Part shown: piece by piece, positions 25,401-40,400 of the stretch | How the letters are laid out: each line of letters opens with the position of its first letter | Position numbering within the stretch: position 1 is the first letter of the stretch | Assembly: GCF_009914755.1 (NCBI RefSeq) | Contig: NC_060941.1 | Source of the DNA: the human T2T-CHM13v2.0 reference genome, Homo sapiens | Length of the DNA stretch: 64,000 nucleotides | Direction: 5' to 3' (one strand) | Position numbers and translations under genes: made by a program | The notes under the pieces: generated by a model | Told to the model about the DNA's origin: nothing | The model's input: only the letters and a program-made list of their open reading frames with translations | Databases searched by the model: none

Positions 25401-28400
25401 TGTTGAAACTCTCTTTTTGTGGAATCTGCAAGTGGATATGTGGACCTCTCCGAAGATGTCTTTGGAAACGGGAATATCTTCACATAAAAACTAAACAGAA
25501 GCATTCTCAGAAACTTCTCTGTGATGTTTGTGTTCAACTCCCAGAGTTTCACATTGCTTTTCATAGAGTAGTTCTGAAACATGCTTTTCGTAGTGTCTAC
25601 AAGTGGACATTTGGAGCGCTTTCAGGCCTGTGGTGGAAAACGAATTATGGTCACATAAAAACTGGAGAGAAGCATTGTCAGAAACTTCTTTGTGATGATT
25701 GCATTCAACTCACAGAGTTGAAGGTTCCTTTTCAAAGAGCAGTTTCCAATCACTCTTTCTGTGGAATCTGCAAGTGGATATTTGGACCTATTTTGAAGAT
25801 TTCGTTGGAAACGGGAGAATCTTCACAGGAAAGCTAAACAGAAGCATTCTCAGAAACTTCTTTGTGATGCTTGCATTCAACTCACAGAGTTGAACTTTCC
25901 TTTCGAGAGAGAAGCTTTGAAACACTCTTTTTCCAGAATCTGCAAGTGGACATTTGGAGGGCTTTGAGGCCTGTGGTGGAAAAGGAATTATCTTCCCGTA
26001 AAAGCTAGATAGAAGCATTCTCAGAAACTACTTTGTGATGATTGCATTCAAGTCACAGAGTTGAACATTCCCTTTGACAGAGCAGTTTGGAAACTCTCTT
26101 TGTGTAGAATCTGCAAGTGGAGATACGGACCGCTTTGAGGCCTATGGTAGTAAAGGAAATAGCTTCATATAAAAGCTAGACAGTAGCATTCACAGAAAAC
26201 TCTTGGTGACGACTGAGTTTAACTCACAGAGCTGAACATTCCTTTGGATGGAGCAGTTTCGAAACACACTATTTGTAGAATGTGCAAGTGGATATTTGGG
26301 CCTCTCTGAGGATTTCGTTGGAAACGGGATAAACCGCACAGAACTAAACAGAAGCATTCTCATTACCTTCTTCGTGATGTTTGCATTCAACTCACAGTGT
26401 TGAACCTTTCTTTGATAGTTCAGGTTTGAAACGGTCTTTCTGTAGAAACTGCAAGTAGATATTTGGACCTCTCTGAGGATTTCGTTGGAAACGGGATAAC
26501 CCGCACAGAACTAAAACAGAAGCATTCTCAGAACCCTCTTCGTGATGTTTGCATTCAACTCACAGTGCTGAACCTTTCTTTGATAGTTCAGCTTTGAAAC
26601 ACTCTTTTTGTAGAAACTGCAAGTGGATATTTGGTCCTCTCTGAGGATTTCGTTGGAAACGGGATAAACTGCACAGAACTAAACAGAAGCATTCTCAGAA
26701 CCTTCTTCGTGATGTCTGCATTCAACTCACAGTGTGGAACCTTTCTTTGATAGTTCAGGTTTGAAACACTCTTTTTGTAGAAACTGCAAGGGGATCATTG
26801 CACTCTTTGAGGAGTACCGTAGTAAAGGAAATAACTTCCTATAAAAAGAAGACAGAAGCTTTCTCAGAAAATTCTTTGGGATGATTGAGTTGAACTCACA
26901 GAGCTGAGCATTCCTTGCGATGTAGCAGTTTAGAAACACACTTTCTGCAGAATCTGCAAGTGCTTATTTGGACCTCTGTGAGGAATTCGTTGGAAACGGG
27001 ATAATTTCAGCTGACTAAACAGAAGCAGTCTCAGAATCTTCTTTGTGATGTTTGCATTCAAATCCCCGAGTTGAACTTTCCTTTCAAAGTTCACGTTTGA
27101 AACAGTCTTTTTGCAGGATCTACAAGTGGATATTTGGACCACTCTGTGTCCTTCGTTCGAAACGGGTATATCTTCACATGACATCTAGACAGAAGCATCC
27201 TCAGAAGCTTCTCTGTGATGACTGCATTCAACTCACGGAGTTGAACACTCCTTTTGAGAGCGCAGTTTTGAAACTCTCTTTCTGTGGCATCTGCAAGGGG
27301 ACATGTAGACCTCTTTGAAGATTTCGTTGGAAACGGAATCATCTTCACATAAAAACTATACAGATGCATTCTCAGGAACTTTTTGGTGATGTTTGTATTC
27401 AACTCCCAGAGTTGAACTTTCCTTTGGAAAGAGCAGCTATGAAACACTCTTTTTCTAGAATCTGCAAGTGGACGTTTGGAGGGCTTTGTGGTTTGTGGTG
27501 GAAAAGGAAATATCTTCACCTAAATACTAGATAGAAGCATTCTCAGAAACTGCTTTGTGATGATTGCATTCACCTCACAGAGTTGAACATTCCTATTGAT
27601 AGAGCAGTTTGGAAACACTCTTGTTGTGGAATGTGCAAGTGGAGATTTGGAGCGCTTTGAGGCCTATGGTAGTAAAGGGAATAGCTTCATAGAAAAACTA
27701 GACAGAAGCATTCTCAGAAAATACTTTGTGATGATTGAGTTTAACTCACAGAGCTGAACATTCCTTTGGATGGAGCAGGTTTGAGACACACTTTTTGTAG
27801 AATCTACAAGTGGATATTTGGACCTCTCTGAGGATTTCGTTGGAAACGGGATAACTGCACCTAACTAAACGGAAGCATTCTCAGAAACTTCTTGGTGATG
27901 TTTGCATTCAAATCCCAGAGTTGAACCTTCCTTTGATAGTTCAGGTTTGAAACACTCTTTTTGTAGGATCTGCAAGTGGATATTTGGACCACTCTGTGGC
28001 CTTCGTTCGAAACGGGTATATCTTCGCATAAAATCTAGACAGAAGCCTTCTCAGAAACTTCTCTGTGATGATTGCATTCAACTCACAGAGTTGAACCCTC
28101 CTATGGATAGAGCAGTGTTGAAACTCTCTTTTTGTGGAATCTGCAAGTGGATATGTGGACCTCTCCGAAGATGTCTTTGGAAACGGGAATATCTTCACAT
28201 AAAAACTAAACAGAAGCATTCTCAGAAACTTCTCTGTGATGTTTGTGTTCAACTCCCAGAGTTTCACATTGCTTTTCATAGAGTAGTTCTGAAACATGCT
28301 TTTCGTAGTGTCTACAAGTGGACATTTGGAGCGCTTTCAGGCCTGTGGTGGAAAACGAATTATGGTCACATAAAAACTGGAGAGAAGCATTGTCAGAAAC

Positions 28401-31400
28401 TTCTTTGTGATGATTGCATTCAACTCACAGAGTTGAAGGTTCCTTTTCAAAGAGCAGTTTCCAATCACTCTTTGTGTGGAATCTGCAAGTGGATATTTGG
28501 ACCTATTTTGAAGATTTCGTTGGAAACGGGAGAATCTTCACAGGAAAGCTAAACAGAAGCATTCTCAGAAACTTCTTTGTGATGCTTGCATTCAACTCAC
28601 AGAGTTGAACTTTCCTTTCGAGAGAGAAGCTTTGAAACACTCTTTTTCCAGAATCTGCAAGTGGACATTTGGAGGGCTTTGAGGCCTGTGGTGGAAAAGG
28701 AATTATCTTCCCGTAAAAGCTAGATAGAAGCATTCTCAGAAACTACTTTGTGATGATTGCATTCAAGTCACAGAGTTGAACATTCCCTTTGACAGAGCAG
28801 TTTGGAAACTCTCTTTGTGTAGAATCTGCAAGTGGAGATATGGACCGCTTTGAGGCCTATGGTAGTAAAGGAAATAGCTTCATATAAAAGCTAGACAGTA
28901 GCATTCACAGAAAACTCTTGGTGACGACTGAGTTTAACTCACAGAGCTGAACATTCCTTTGGATGGAGCAGTTTCGAAACACACTATTTGTAGAATGTGC
29001 AAGTGGATATTTAGGCCTCTCTGAGGATTTCGTTGGAAACGGGATAAACCGCACAGAACTAAACAGAAGCATTCTCAGAACCTTCTTCGTGATGTTTGCA
29101 TTCAACTCACAGTGTTGAACCTTTCTTTGATAGTTCAGGTTTGAAACGGTCTTTCTGTAGAAACTGCAAGTAGATATTTGGACCTCTCTGAGGATTTCGT
29201 TGGAAACGGGATAACCCGCACAGAACTAAAACAGAAGCATTCTCAGAACCCTCTTCGTGATGTTTGCATTCAACTCACAGTGCTGAACCTTTCTTTGATA
29301 GTTCAGCTTTGAAACACTCTTTTTGTAGAAACTGCAAGTGGATATTTGGTCCTCTCTGAGCATTTCGTTGGAAACGGGATAAACTGCACAGAACTAAACA
29401 GAAGCATTCTCAGAACCTTCTTCGTGATGTCTGCATTCAACTCACAGTGTGGAACCTTTCTTTGATAGTTCAGGTTTGAAACACTCTTTTTGTAGAAACT
29501 GCAAGGGGATCATTGCACTCTTTGAGGAGTACCGTAGTAAAGGAAATAACTTCCTATAAAAAGAAGACAGAAGCTTTCTCAGAAAATTCTTTGGGATGAT
29601 TGAGTTGAACTCACAGAGCTGAGCATTCCTTGCGATGTAGCAGTTTAGAAACACACTTTCTGCAGAATCTGCAAGTGCTTATTTGGACCTCTGTGAGGAA
29701 TTCGTTGGAAACGGGATAATTTCAGCTGACTAAACAGAAGCAGTCTCAGAATCTTCTTTGTGATGTTTGCATTCAAATCCCCGAGTTGAACTTTCCTTTC
29801 AAAGTTCACGTTTGAAACACTCTTTTTGCAGGATCTACAAGTGGATATTTGGACCACTCTGTGTCCTTCGTTCGAAACGGGTATATCTTCACATGACATC
29901 TAGACAGAAGCATCCTCAGAAGCTTCTCTGTGATGACTGCATTCAACTCACGGAGTTGAACACTCCTTTTGAGAGCGCAGTTTTGAAACTCTCTTTCTGT
30001 GGCATCTGCAAGGGGACATGTAGACCTCTTTGAAGATTTCGTTGGAAACGGAATCATCTTCACATAAAAACTATACAGATGCATTCTCAGGAACTTTTTG
30101 GTGATGTTTGTATTCAACTCCCAGAGTTGAACTTTCCTTTGGAAAGAGCAGCTATGAAACACTCTTTTTCTAGAATCTGCAAGTGGACGTTTGGAGGGCT
30201 TTGTGGTTTGTGGTGGAAAAGGAAATATCTTCACCTAAATACTAGATAGAAGCATTCTCAGAAACTGCTTTGTGATGATTGCATTCACCTCACAGAGTTG
30301 AACATTCCTATTGATAGAGCAGTTTGGAAACACTCTTGTTGTGGAATGTGCAAGTGGAGATTTGGAGCACTTTGAGGCCTATGGTAGTAAAGGGAATAGC
30401 TTCATAGAAAAACTAGACAGAAGCATTCTCAGAAAATACTTTGTGATGATTGAGTTTAACTCACAGAGCTGAACATTCCTTTGGATGGAGCAGGTTTGAG
30501 ACACACTTTTTGTAGAATCTACAAGTGGATATTTGGACCTCTCTGAGGATTTCGTTGGAAACGGGATAACTGCACCTAACTAAACGGAAGCATTCTCAGA
30601 AACTTCTTGGTGATGTTTGCATTCAAATCCCAGAGTTGAACCTTCCTTTGATAGTTCAGGTTTGAAACACTCTTTTTGTAGGATCTGCAAGTGGATATTT
30701 GGACCACTCTGTGGCCTTCGTTCGAAACGGGTATATCTTCGCATAAAATCTAGACAGAAGCCTTCTCAGAAACTTCTCTGTGATGATTGCATTCAACTCA
30801 CAGAGTTGAACCCTCCTATGGATAGAGCAGTGTTGAAACTCTCTTTTTGTGGAATCTGCAAGTGGATATGTGGACCTCTCCGAAGATGTCTTTGGAAACG
30901 GGAATATCTTCACATAAAAACTAAACAGAAGCATTCTCAGAAACTTCTCTGTGATGTTTGTGTTCAACTCCCAGAGTTTCACATTGCTTTTCATAGAGTA
31001 GTTCTGAAACATGCTTTTCGTAGTGTCTACAAGTGGACATTTGGAGCGCTTTCAGGCCTGTGGTGGAAAACGAATTATGGTCACATAAAAACTGGAGAGA
31101 AGCATTGTCAGAAACTTCTTTGTGATGATTGCATTCAACTCACAGAGTTGAAGGTTCCTTTTCAAAGAGCAGTTTCCAATCACTCTTTGTGTGGAATCTG
31201 CAAGTGGATATTTGGACCTATTTTGAAGATTTCGTTGGAAACGGGAGAATCTTCACAGGAAAGCTAAACAGAAGCATTCTCAGAAACTTCTTTGTGATGC
31301 TTGCATTCAACTCACAGAGTTGAACTTTCCTTTCGAGAGAGAAGCTTTGAAACACTCTTTTTCCAGAATCTGCAAGTGGACATTTGGAGGGCTTTGAGGC

Positions 31401-34400
31401 CTGTGGTGGAAAAGGAATTATCTTCCCGTAAAAGCTAGATAGAAGCATTCTCAGAAACTACTTTGTGATGATTGCATTCAAGTCACAGAGTTGAACATTC
31501 CCTTTGACAGAGCAGTTTGGAAACTCTCTTTGTGTAGAATCTGCAAGTGGAGATACGGACCGCTTTGAGGCCTATGGTAGTAAAGGAAATAGCTTCATAT
31601 AAAAGCTAGACAGTAGCATTCACAGAAAACTCTTGGTGACGACTGAGTTTAACTCACAGAGCTGAACATTCCTTTGGATGGAGCAGTTTCGAAACACACT
31701 ATTTGTAGAATGTGCAAGTGGATATTTAGGCCTCTCTGAGGATTTCGTTGGAAACGGGATAAACCGCACAGAACTAAACAGAAGCATTCTGAGAACCTTC
31801 TTCGTGATGTTTGCATTCAACTCACAGTGTTGAACCTTTCTTTGATAGTTCAGGTTTGAAACGGTCTTTCTGTAGAAACTGCAAGTAGATATTTGGACCT
31901 CTCTGAGGATTTCGTTGGAAACGGGATAACCCGCACAGAACTAAAACAGAAGCATTCTCAGAACCCTCTTCGTGATGTTTGCATTCAACTCACAGTGCTG
32001 AACCTTTCTTTGATAGTTCAGCTTTGAAACACTCTTTTTGTAGAAACTGCAAGTGGATATTTGGTCCTCTCTGAGCATTTCGTTGGAAACGGGATAAACT
32101 GCACAGAACTAAACAGAAGCATTCTCAGAACCTTCTTCGTGATGTCTGCATTCAACTCACAGTGTGGAACCTTTCTTTGATAGTTCAGGTTTGAAACACT
32201 CTTTTTGTAGAAACTGCAAGGGGATCATTGCACTCTTTGAGGAGTACCGTAGTAAAGGAAATAACTTCCTATAAAAAGAAGACAGAAGCTTTCTCAGAAA
32301 ATTCTTTGGGATGATTGAGTTGAACTCACAGAGCTGAGCATTCCTTGCGATGTAGCAGTTTAGAAACACACTTTCTGCAGAATCTGCAAGTGCATATTTG
32401 GACCTCTCTGAGGAATTCGTTGGAAACGGGATAATTTCAGCTGACTAAACAGAAGCAGTCTCAGAATCTTCCTTGTGATGTTTGCATTCAAATCCCCGAG
32501 TTGAACTTTCCTTTCAAAGTTCACGTTTGAAACACTCTTTTTGCAGGATCTACAAGTGGATATTTGGACCACTCTGTGTCCTTCGTTCGAAACGGGTATA
32601 TCTTCACATGACATCTAGACAGAAGCATCCTCAGAAGCTTCTCTGTGATGACTGCATTCAACTCACGGAGTTGAACACTCCTTTTGAGAGCGCAGTTTTG
32701 AAACTCTCTTTCTGTGGCATCTGCAAGGGGACATGTAGACCTCTTTGAAGATTTCGTTGGAAACGGAATCATCTTCACATAAAAACTATACAGATGCATT
32801 CTCAGGAACTTTTTGGTGATGTTTGTATTCAACTCCCAGAGTTGAACTTTCCTTTGGAAAGAGCAGCTATGAAACACTGTTTTTCTAGAATCTGCAAGTG
32901 GACGTTTGGAGGGCTTTGTGGTTTGTGGTGGAAAAGGAAATATCTTCACCTAAATACTAGATAGAAGCATTCTCAGAAACTGCTTTGTGATGATTGCATT
33001 CACCTCACAGAGTTGAACATTCCTATTGATAGAGCAGTTTGGAAACACTCTTGTTGTGGAATGTGCAAGTGGAGATTTGGAGCGCTTTGAGGCCTATGGT
33101 AGTAAAGGGAATAGCTTCATAGAAAAACTAGACAGAAGCATTCTCAGAAAATACTTTGTGATGATTGAGTTTAACTCACAGAGCTGAACATTCCTTTGGA
33201 TGGAGCAGGTTTGAGACACACTTTTTGTAGAATCTACAAGTGGATATTTGGACCTCTCTGAGGATTTCGTTGGAAACGGGATAACTGCACCTAACTAAAC
33301 GGAAGCATTCTCAGAAACTTCTTGGTGATGTTTGCATTCAAATCCCAGAGTTGAACCTTCCTTTGATAGTTCAGGTTTGAAACACTCTTTTTGTAGGATC
33401 TGCAAGTGGATATTTGGACCACTCTGTGGCCTTCGTTCGAAACGGGTATATCTTCGCATAAAATCTAGACAGAAGCCTTCTCAGAAACTTCTCTGTGATG
33501 ATTGCATTCAACTCACAGAGTTGAACCCTCCTATGGATAGAGCAGTGTTGAAACTCTCTTTTTGTGGAATCTGCAAGTGGATATGTGGACCTCTCCGAAG
33601 ATGTCTTTGGAAACGGGAATATCTTCACATAAAAACTAAACAGAAGCATTCTCAGAAACTTCTCTGTGATGTTTGTGTTCAACTCCCAGAGTTTCACATT
33701 GCTTTTCATAGAGTAGTTCTGAAACATGCTTTTCGTAGTGTCTACAAGTGGACATTTGGAGCGCTTTCAGGCCTGTGGTGGAAAACGAATTATGGTCACA
33801 TAAAAACTGGAGAGAAGCATTGTCAGAAACTTCTTTGTGATGATTGCATTCAACTCACAGAGTTGAAGGTTCCTTTTCAAAGAGCAGTTTCCAATCACTC
33901 TTTCTGTGGAATCTGCAAGTGGATATTTGGACCTATTTTGAAGATTTCGTTGGAAACGGGAGAATCTTCACAGGAAAGCTAAACAGAAGCATTCTCAGAA
34001 ACTTCTTTGTGATGCTTGCATTCAACTCACAGAGTTGAACTTTCCTTTCGAGAGAGAAGCTTTGAAACACTCTTTTTCCAGAATCTGCAAGTGGACATTT
34101 GGAGGGCTTTGAGGCCTGTGGTGGAAAAGGAATTATCTTCCCGTAAAAGCTAGATAGAAGCATTCTCAGAAACTACTTTGTGATGATTGCATTCAAGTCA
34201 CAGAGTTGAACATTCCCTTTGACAGAGCAGTTTGGAAACTCTCTTTGTGTAGAATCTGCAAGTGGAGATACGGACCGCTTTGAGGCCTATGGTAGTAAAG
34301 GAAATAGCTTCATATAAAAGCTAGACAGTAGCATTCACAGAAAACTCTTGGTGACGACTGAGTTTAACTCACAGAGCTGAACATTCCTTTGGATGGAGCA

Positions 34401-37400
34401 GTTTCGAAACACACTATTTGTAGAATGTGCAAGTGGATATTTAGGCCTCTCTGAGGATTTCGTTGGAAACGGGATAAACCGCACAGAACTAAACAGAAGC
34501 ATTCTCAGAACCTTCTTCGTGATGTTTGCATTCAACTCACAGTGTTGAACCTTTCTTTGATAGTTCAGGTTTGAAACGGTCTTTCTGTAGAAACTGCAAG
34601 TAGATATTTGGACCTCTCTGAGGATTTCGTTGGAAACGGGATAACCCGCACAGAACTAAAACAGAAGCATTCTCAGAACCCTCTTCGTGATGTTTGCATT
34701 CAACTCACAGTGCTGAACCTTTCTTTGATAGTTCAGCTTTGAAACACTCTTTTTGTAGAAACTGCAAGTGGATATTTGGTCCTCTCTGAGCATTTCGTTG
34801 GAAACGGGATAAACTGCACAGAACTAAACAGAAGCATTCTCAGAACCTTCTTCGTGATGTCTGCATTCAACTCACAGTGTGGAACCTTTCTTTGATAGTT
34901 CAGGTTTGAAACACTCTTTTTGTAGAAACTGCAAGGGGATAATTGCACTCTTTGAGGAGTACCGTAGTAAAGGAAATAACTTCCTATAAAAAGAAGACAG
35001 AAGCTTTCTCAGAAAATTCTTTGGGATGATTGAGTTGAACTCACAGAGCTGAGCATTCCTTGCGATGTAGCAGTTTAGAAACACACTTTCTGCAGAATCT
35101 GCAAGTGCATATTTGGACCTCTCTGAGGAATTCGTTGGAAACGGGATAATTTCAGCTGACTAAACAGAAGCAGTCTCAGAATCTTCCTTGTGATGTTTGC
35201 ATTCAAATCCCCGAGTTGAACTTTCCTTTCAAAGTTCACGTTTGAAACACTCTTTTTGCAGGATCTACAAGTGGATATTTGGACCACTCTGTGTCCTTCG
35301 TTCGAAACGGGTATATCTTCACATGACATCTAGACAGAAGCATCCTCAGAAGCTTCTCTGTGATGACTGCATTCAACTCACGGAGTTGAACACTCCTTTT
35401 GAGAGCGCAGTTTTGAAACTCTCTTTCTGTGGCATCTGCAAGGGGACATGTAGACCTCTTTGAAGATTTCGTTGGAAACGGAATCATCTTCACATAAAAA
35501 CTATACAGATGCATTCTCAGGAACTTTTTGGTGATGTTTGTATTCAACTCCCAGAGTTGAACTTTCCTTTGGAAAGAGCAGCTATGAAACACTGTTTTTC
35601 TAGAATCTGCAAGTGGACGTTTGGAGGGCTTTGTGGTTTGTGGTGGAAAAGGAAATATCTTCACCTAAATACTAGATAGAAGCATTCTCAGAAACTGCTT
35701 TGTGATGATTGCATTCACCTCACAGAGTTGAACATTCCTATTGATAGAGCAGTTTGGAAACACTCTTGTTGTGGAATGTGCAAGTGGAGATTTGGAGCGC
35801 TTTGAGGCCTATGGTAGTAAAGGGAATAGCTTCATAGAAAAACTAGACAGAAGCATTCTCAGAAAATACTTTGTGATGATTGAGTTTAACTCACAGAGCT
35901 GAACATTCCTTTGGATGGAGCAGGTTTGAGACACACTTTTTGTAGAATCTACAAGTGGATATTTGGACCTCTCTGAGGATTTCGTTGGAAACGGGATAAC
36001 TGCACCTAACTAAACGGAAGCATTCTCAGAAACTTCTTGGTGATGTTTGCATTCAAATCCCAGAGTTGAACCTTCCTTTGATAGTTCAGGTTTGAAACAC
36101 TCTTTTTGTAGGATCTGCAAGTGGATATTTGGACCACTCTGTGGCCTTCGTTCGAAACGGGTATATCTTCGCATAAAATCTAGACAGAAGCCTTCTCAGA
36201 AACTTCTCTGTGATGATTGCATTCAACTCACAGAGTTGAACCCTCCTATGGATAGAGCAGTGTTGAAACTCTCTTTTTGTGGAATCTGCAAGTGGATATG
36301 TGGACCTCTCCGAAGATGTCTTTGGAAACGGGAATATCTTCACATAAAAACTAAACAGAAGCATTCTCAGAAACTTCTCTGTGATGTTTGTGTTCAACTC
36401 CCAGAGTTTCACATTGCTTTTCATAGAGTAGTTCTGAAACATGCTTTTCGTAGTGTCTACAAGTGGACATTTGGAGCGCTTTCAGGCCTGTGGTGGAAAA
36501 CGAATTATGGTCACATAAAAACTGGAGAGAAGCATTGTCAGAAACTTCTTTGTGATGATTGCATTCAACTCACAGAGTTGAAGGTTCCTTTTCAAAGAGC
36601 AGTTTCCAATCACTCTTTGTGTGGAATCTGCAAGTGGATATTTGGACCTATTTTGAAGATTTCGTTGGAAACGGGAGAATCTTCACAGGAAAGCTAAACA
36701 GAAGCATTCTCAGAAACTTCTTTGTGATGCTTGCATTCAACTCACAGAGTTGAACTTTCCTTTCGAGAGAGAAGCTTTGAAACACTCTTTTTCCAGAATC
36801 TGCAAGTGGACATTTGGAGGGCTTTGAGGCCTGTGGTGGAAAAGGAATTATCTTCCCGTAAAAGCTAGATAGAAGCATTCTCAGAAACTACTTTGTGATG
36901 ATTGCATTCAAGTCACAGAGTTGAACATTCCCTTTGACAGAGCAGTTTGGAAACTCTCTTTGTGTAGAATCTGCAAGTGGAGATACGGACCGCTTTGAGG
37001 CCTATGGTAGTAAAGGAAATAGCTTCATATAAAAGCTAGACAGTAGCATTCACAGAAAACTCTTGGTGACGACTGAGTTTAACTCACAGAGCTGAACATT
37101 CCTTTGGATGGAGCAGTTTCGAAACACACTATTTGTAGAATGTGCAAGTGGATATTTAGGCCTCTCTGAGGATTTCGTTGGAAACGGGATAAACCGCACA
37201 GAACTAAACAGAAGCATTCTCAGAACCTTCTTCGTGATGTTTGCATTCAACTCACAGTGTTGAACCTTTCTTTGATAGTTCAGGTTTGAAACGGTCTTTC
37301 TGTAGAAACTGCAAGTAGATATTTGGACCTCTCTGAGGATTTCGTTGGAAACGGGATAACCCGCACAGAACTAAAACAGAAGCATTCTCAGAACCCTCTT

Positions 37401-40400
37401 CGTGATGTTTGCATTCAACTCACAGTGCTGAACCTTTCTTTGATAGTTCAGCTTTGAAACACTCTTTTTGTAGAAACTGCAAGTGGATATTTGGTCCTCT
37501 CTGAGGATTTCGTTGGAAACGGGATAAACTGCACAGAACTAAACAGAAGCATTCTCAGAACCTTCTTCGTGATGTCTGCATTCAACTCACAGTGTGGAAC
37601 CTTTCTTTGATAGTTCAGGTTTGAAACACTCTTTTTGTAGAAACTGCAAGGGGATCATTGCACTCTTTGAGGAGTACCGTAGTAAAGGAAATAACTTCCT
37701 ATAAAAAGAAGACAGAAGCTTTCTCAGAAAATTCTTTGGGATGATTGAGTTGAACTCACAGAGCTGAGCATTCCTTGCGATGTAGCAGTTTAGAAACACA
37801 CTTTCTGCAGAATCTGCAAGTGCATATTTGGACCTCTGTGAGGAATTCGTTGGAAACGGGATAATTTCAGCTGACTAAACAGAAGCAGTCTCAGAATCTT
37901 CTTTGTGATGTTTGCATTCAAATCCCCGAGTTGAACTTTCCTTTCAAAGTTCACGTTTGAAACACTCTTTTTGCAGGATCTACAAGTGGATATTTGGACC
38001 ACTCTGTGTCCTTCGTTCGAAACGGGTATATCTTCACATGACATCTAGACAGAAGCATTCTCAGAAGCTTCTCTGTGATGACTGCATTCAACTCACGGAG
38101 TTGAACACTCCTTTTGAGAGCGCAGTTTTGAAACTCTCTTTCTGTGGCATCTGCAAGGGGACATGTAGACCTCTTTGAAGATTTCGTTGGAAACGGAATC
38201 ATCTTCACATAAAAACTATACAGATGCATTCTCAGGAACTTTTTGGTGATGTTTGTATTCAACTCCCAGAGTTGAACTTTCCTTTGGAAAGAGCAGCTAT
38301 GAAACACTCTTTTTCTAGAATCTGCAAGTGGACGTTTGGAGGGCTTTGTGGTTTGTGGTGGAAAAGGAAATATCTTCACCTAAATACTAGATAGAAGCAT
38401 TCTCAGAAACTGCTTTGTGATGATTGCATTCACCTCACAGAGTTGAACATTCCTATTGATAGAGCAGTTTGGAAACACTCTTGTTGTGGAATGTGCAAGT
38501 GGAGATTTGGAGCGCTTTGAGGCCTATGGTAGTAAAGGGAATAGCTTCATAGAAAAACTAGACAGAAGCATTCTCAGAAAATACTTTGTGATGATTGAGT
38601 TTAACTCACAGAGCTGAACATTCCTTTGGATGGAGCAGGTTTGAGACACACTTTTTGTAGAATCTACAAGTGGATATTTGGACCTCTCTGAGGATTTCGT
38701 TGGAAACGGGATAACTGCACCTAACTAAACGGAAGCATTCTCAGAAACTTCTTGGTGATGTTTGCATTCAAATCCCAGAGTTGAACCTTCCTTTGATAGT
38801 TCAGGTTTGAAACACTCTTTTTGTAGGATCTGCAAGTGGATATTTGGACCACTCTGTGGCCTTCGTTCGAAACGGGTATATCTTCGCATAAAATCTAGAC
38901 AGAAGCCTTCTCAGAAACTTCTCTGTGATGATTGCATTCAACTCACAGAGTTGAACCCTCCTATGGATAGAGCAGTGTTGAAACTCTCTTTTTGTGGAAT
39001 CTGCAAGTGGATATGTGGACCTCTCCGAAGATGTCTTTGGAAACGGGAATATCTTCACATAAAAACTAAACAGAAGCATTCTCAGAAACTTCTCTGTGAT
39101 GTTTGTGTTCAACTCCCAGAGTTTCACATTGCTTTTCATAGAGTAGTTCTGAAACATGCTTTTCGTAGTGTCTACAAGTGGACATTTGGAGCGCTTTCAG
39201 GCCTGTGGTGGAAAACGAATTATGGTCACATAAAAACTGGAGAGAAGCATTGTCAGAAACTTCTTTGTGATGATTGCATTCAACTCACAGAGTTGAAGGT
39301 TCCTTTTCAAAGAGCAGTTTCCAATCACTCTTTCTGTGGAATCTGCAAGTGGATATTTGGACCTATTTTGAAGATTTCGTTGGAAACGGGAGAATCTTCA
39401 CAGGAAAGCTAAACAGAAGCATTCTCAGAAACTTCTTTGTGATGCTTGCATTCAACTCACAGAGTTGAACTTTCCTTTCGAGAGAGAAGCTTTGAAACAC
39501 TCTTTTTCCAGAATCTGCAAGTGGACATTTGGAGGGCTTTGAGGCCTGTGGTGGAAAAGGAATTATCTTCCCGTAAAAGCTAGATAGAAGCATTCTCAGA
39601 AACTACTTTGTGATGATTGCATTCAAGTCACAGAGTTGAACATTCCCTTTGACAGAGCAGTTTGGAAACTCTCTTTGTGTAGAATCTGCAAGTGGAGATA
39701 CGGACCGCTTTGAGGCCTATGGTAGTAAAGGAAATAGCTTCATATAAAAGCTAGACAGTAGCATTCACAGAAAACTCTTGGTGACGACTGAGTTTAACTC
39801 ACAGAGGTGAACATTCCTTTGGATGGAGCAGTTTCGAAACACACTATTTGTAGAATGTGCAAGTGGATATTTAGGCCTCTCTGAGGATTTCGTTGGAAAC
39901 GGGATAAACCGCACAGAACTAAACAGAAGCATTCTCAGAACCTTCTTCGTGATGTTTGCATTCAACTCACAGTGTTGAACCTTTCTTTGATAGTTCAGGT
40001 TTGAAACGGTCTTTCTGTAGAAACTGCAAGTAGATATTTGGACCTCTCTGAGGATTTCGTTGGAAACGGGATAACCCGCACAGAACTAAAACAGAAGCAT
40101 TCTCAGAACCCTCTTCGTGATGTTTGCATTCAACTCACAGTGCTGAACCTTTCTTTGATAGTTCAGCTTTGAAACACTCTTTTTGTAGAAACTGCAAGTG
40201 GATATTTGGTCCTCTCTGAGCATTTCGTTGGAAACGGGATAAACTGCACAGAACTAAACAGAAGCATTCTCAGAACCTTCTTCGTGATGTCTGCATTCAA
40301 CTCACAGTGTGGAACCTTTCTTTGATAGTTCAGGTTTGAAACACTCTTTTTGTAGAAACTGCAAGGGGATCATTGCACTCTTTGAGGAGTACCGTAGTAA

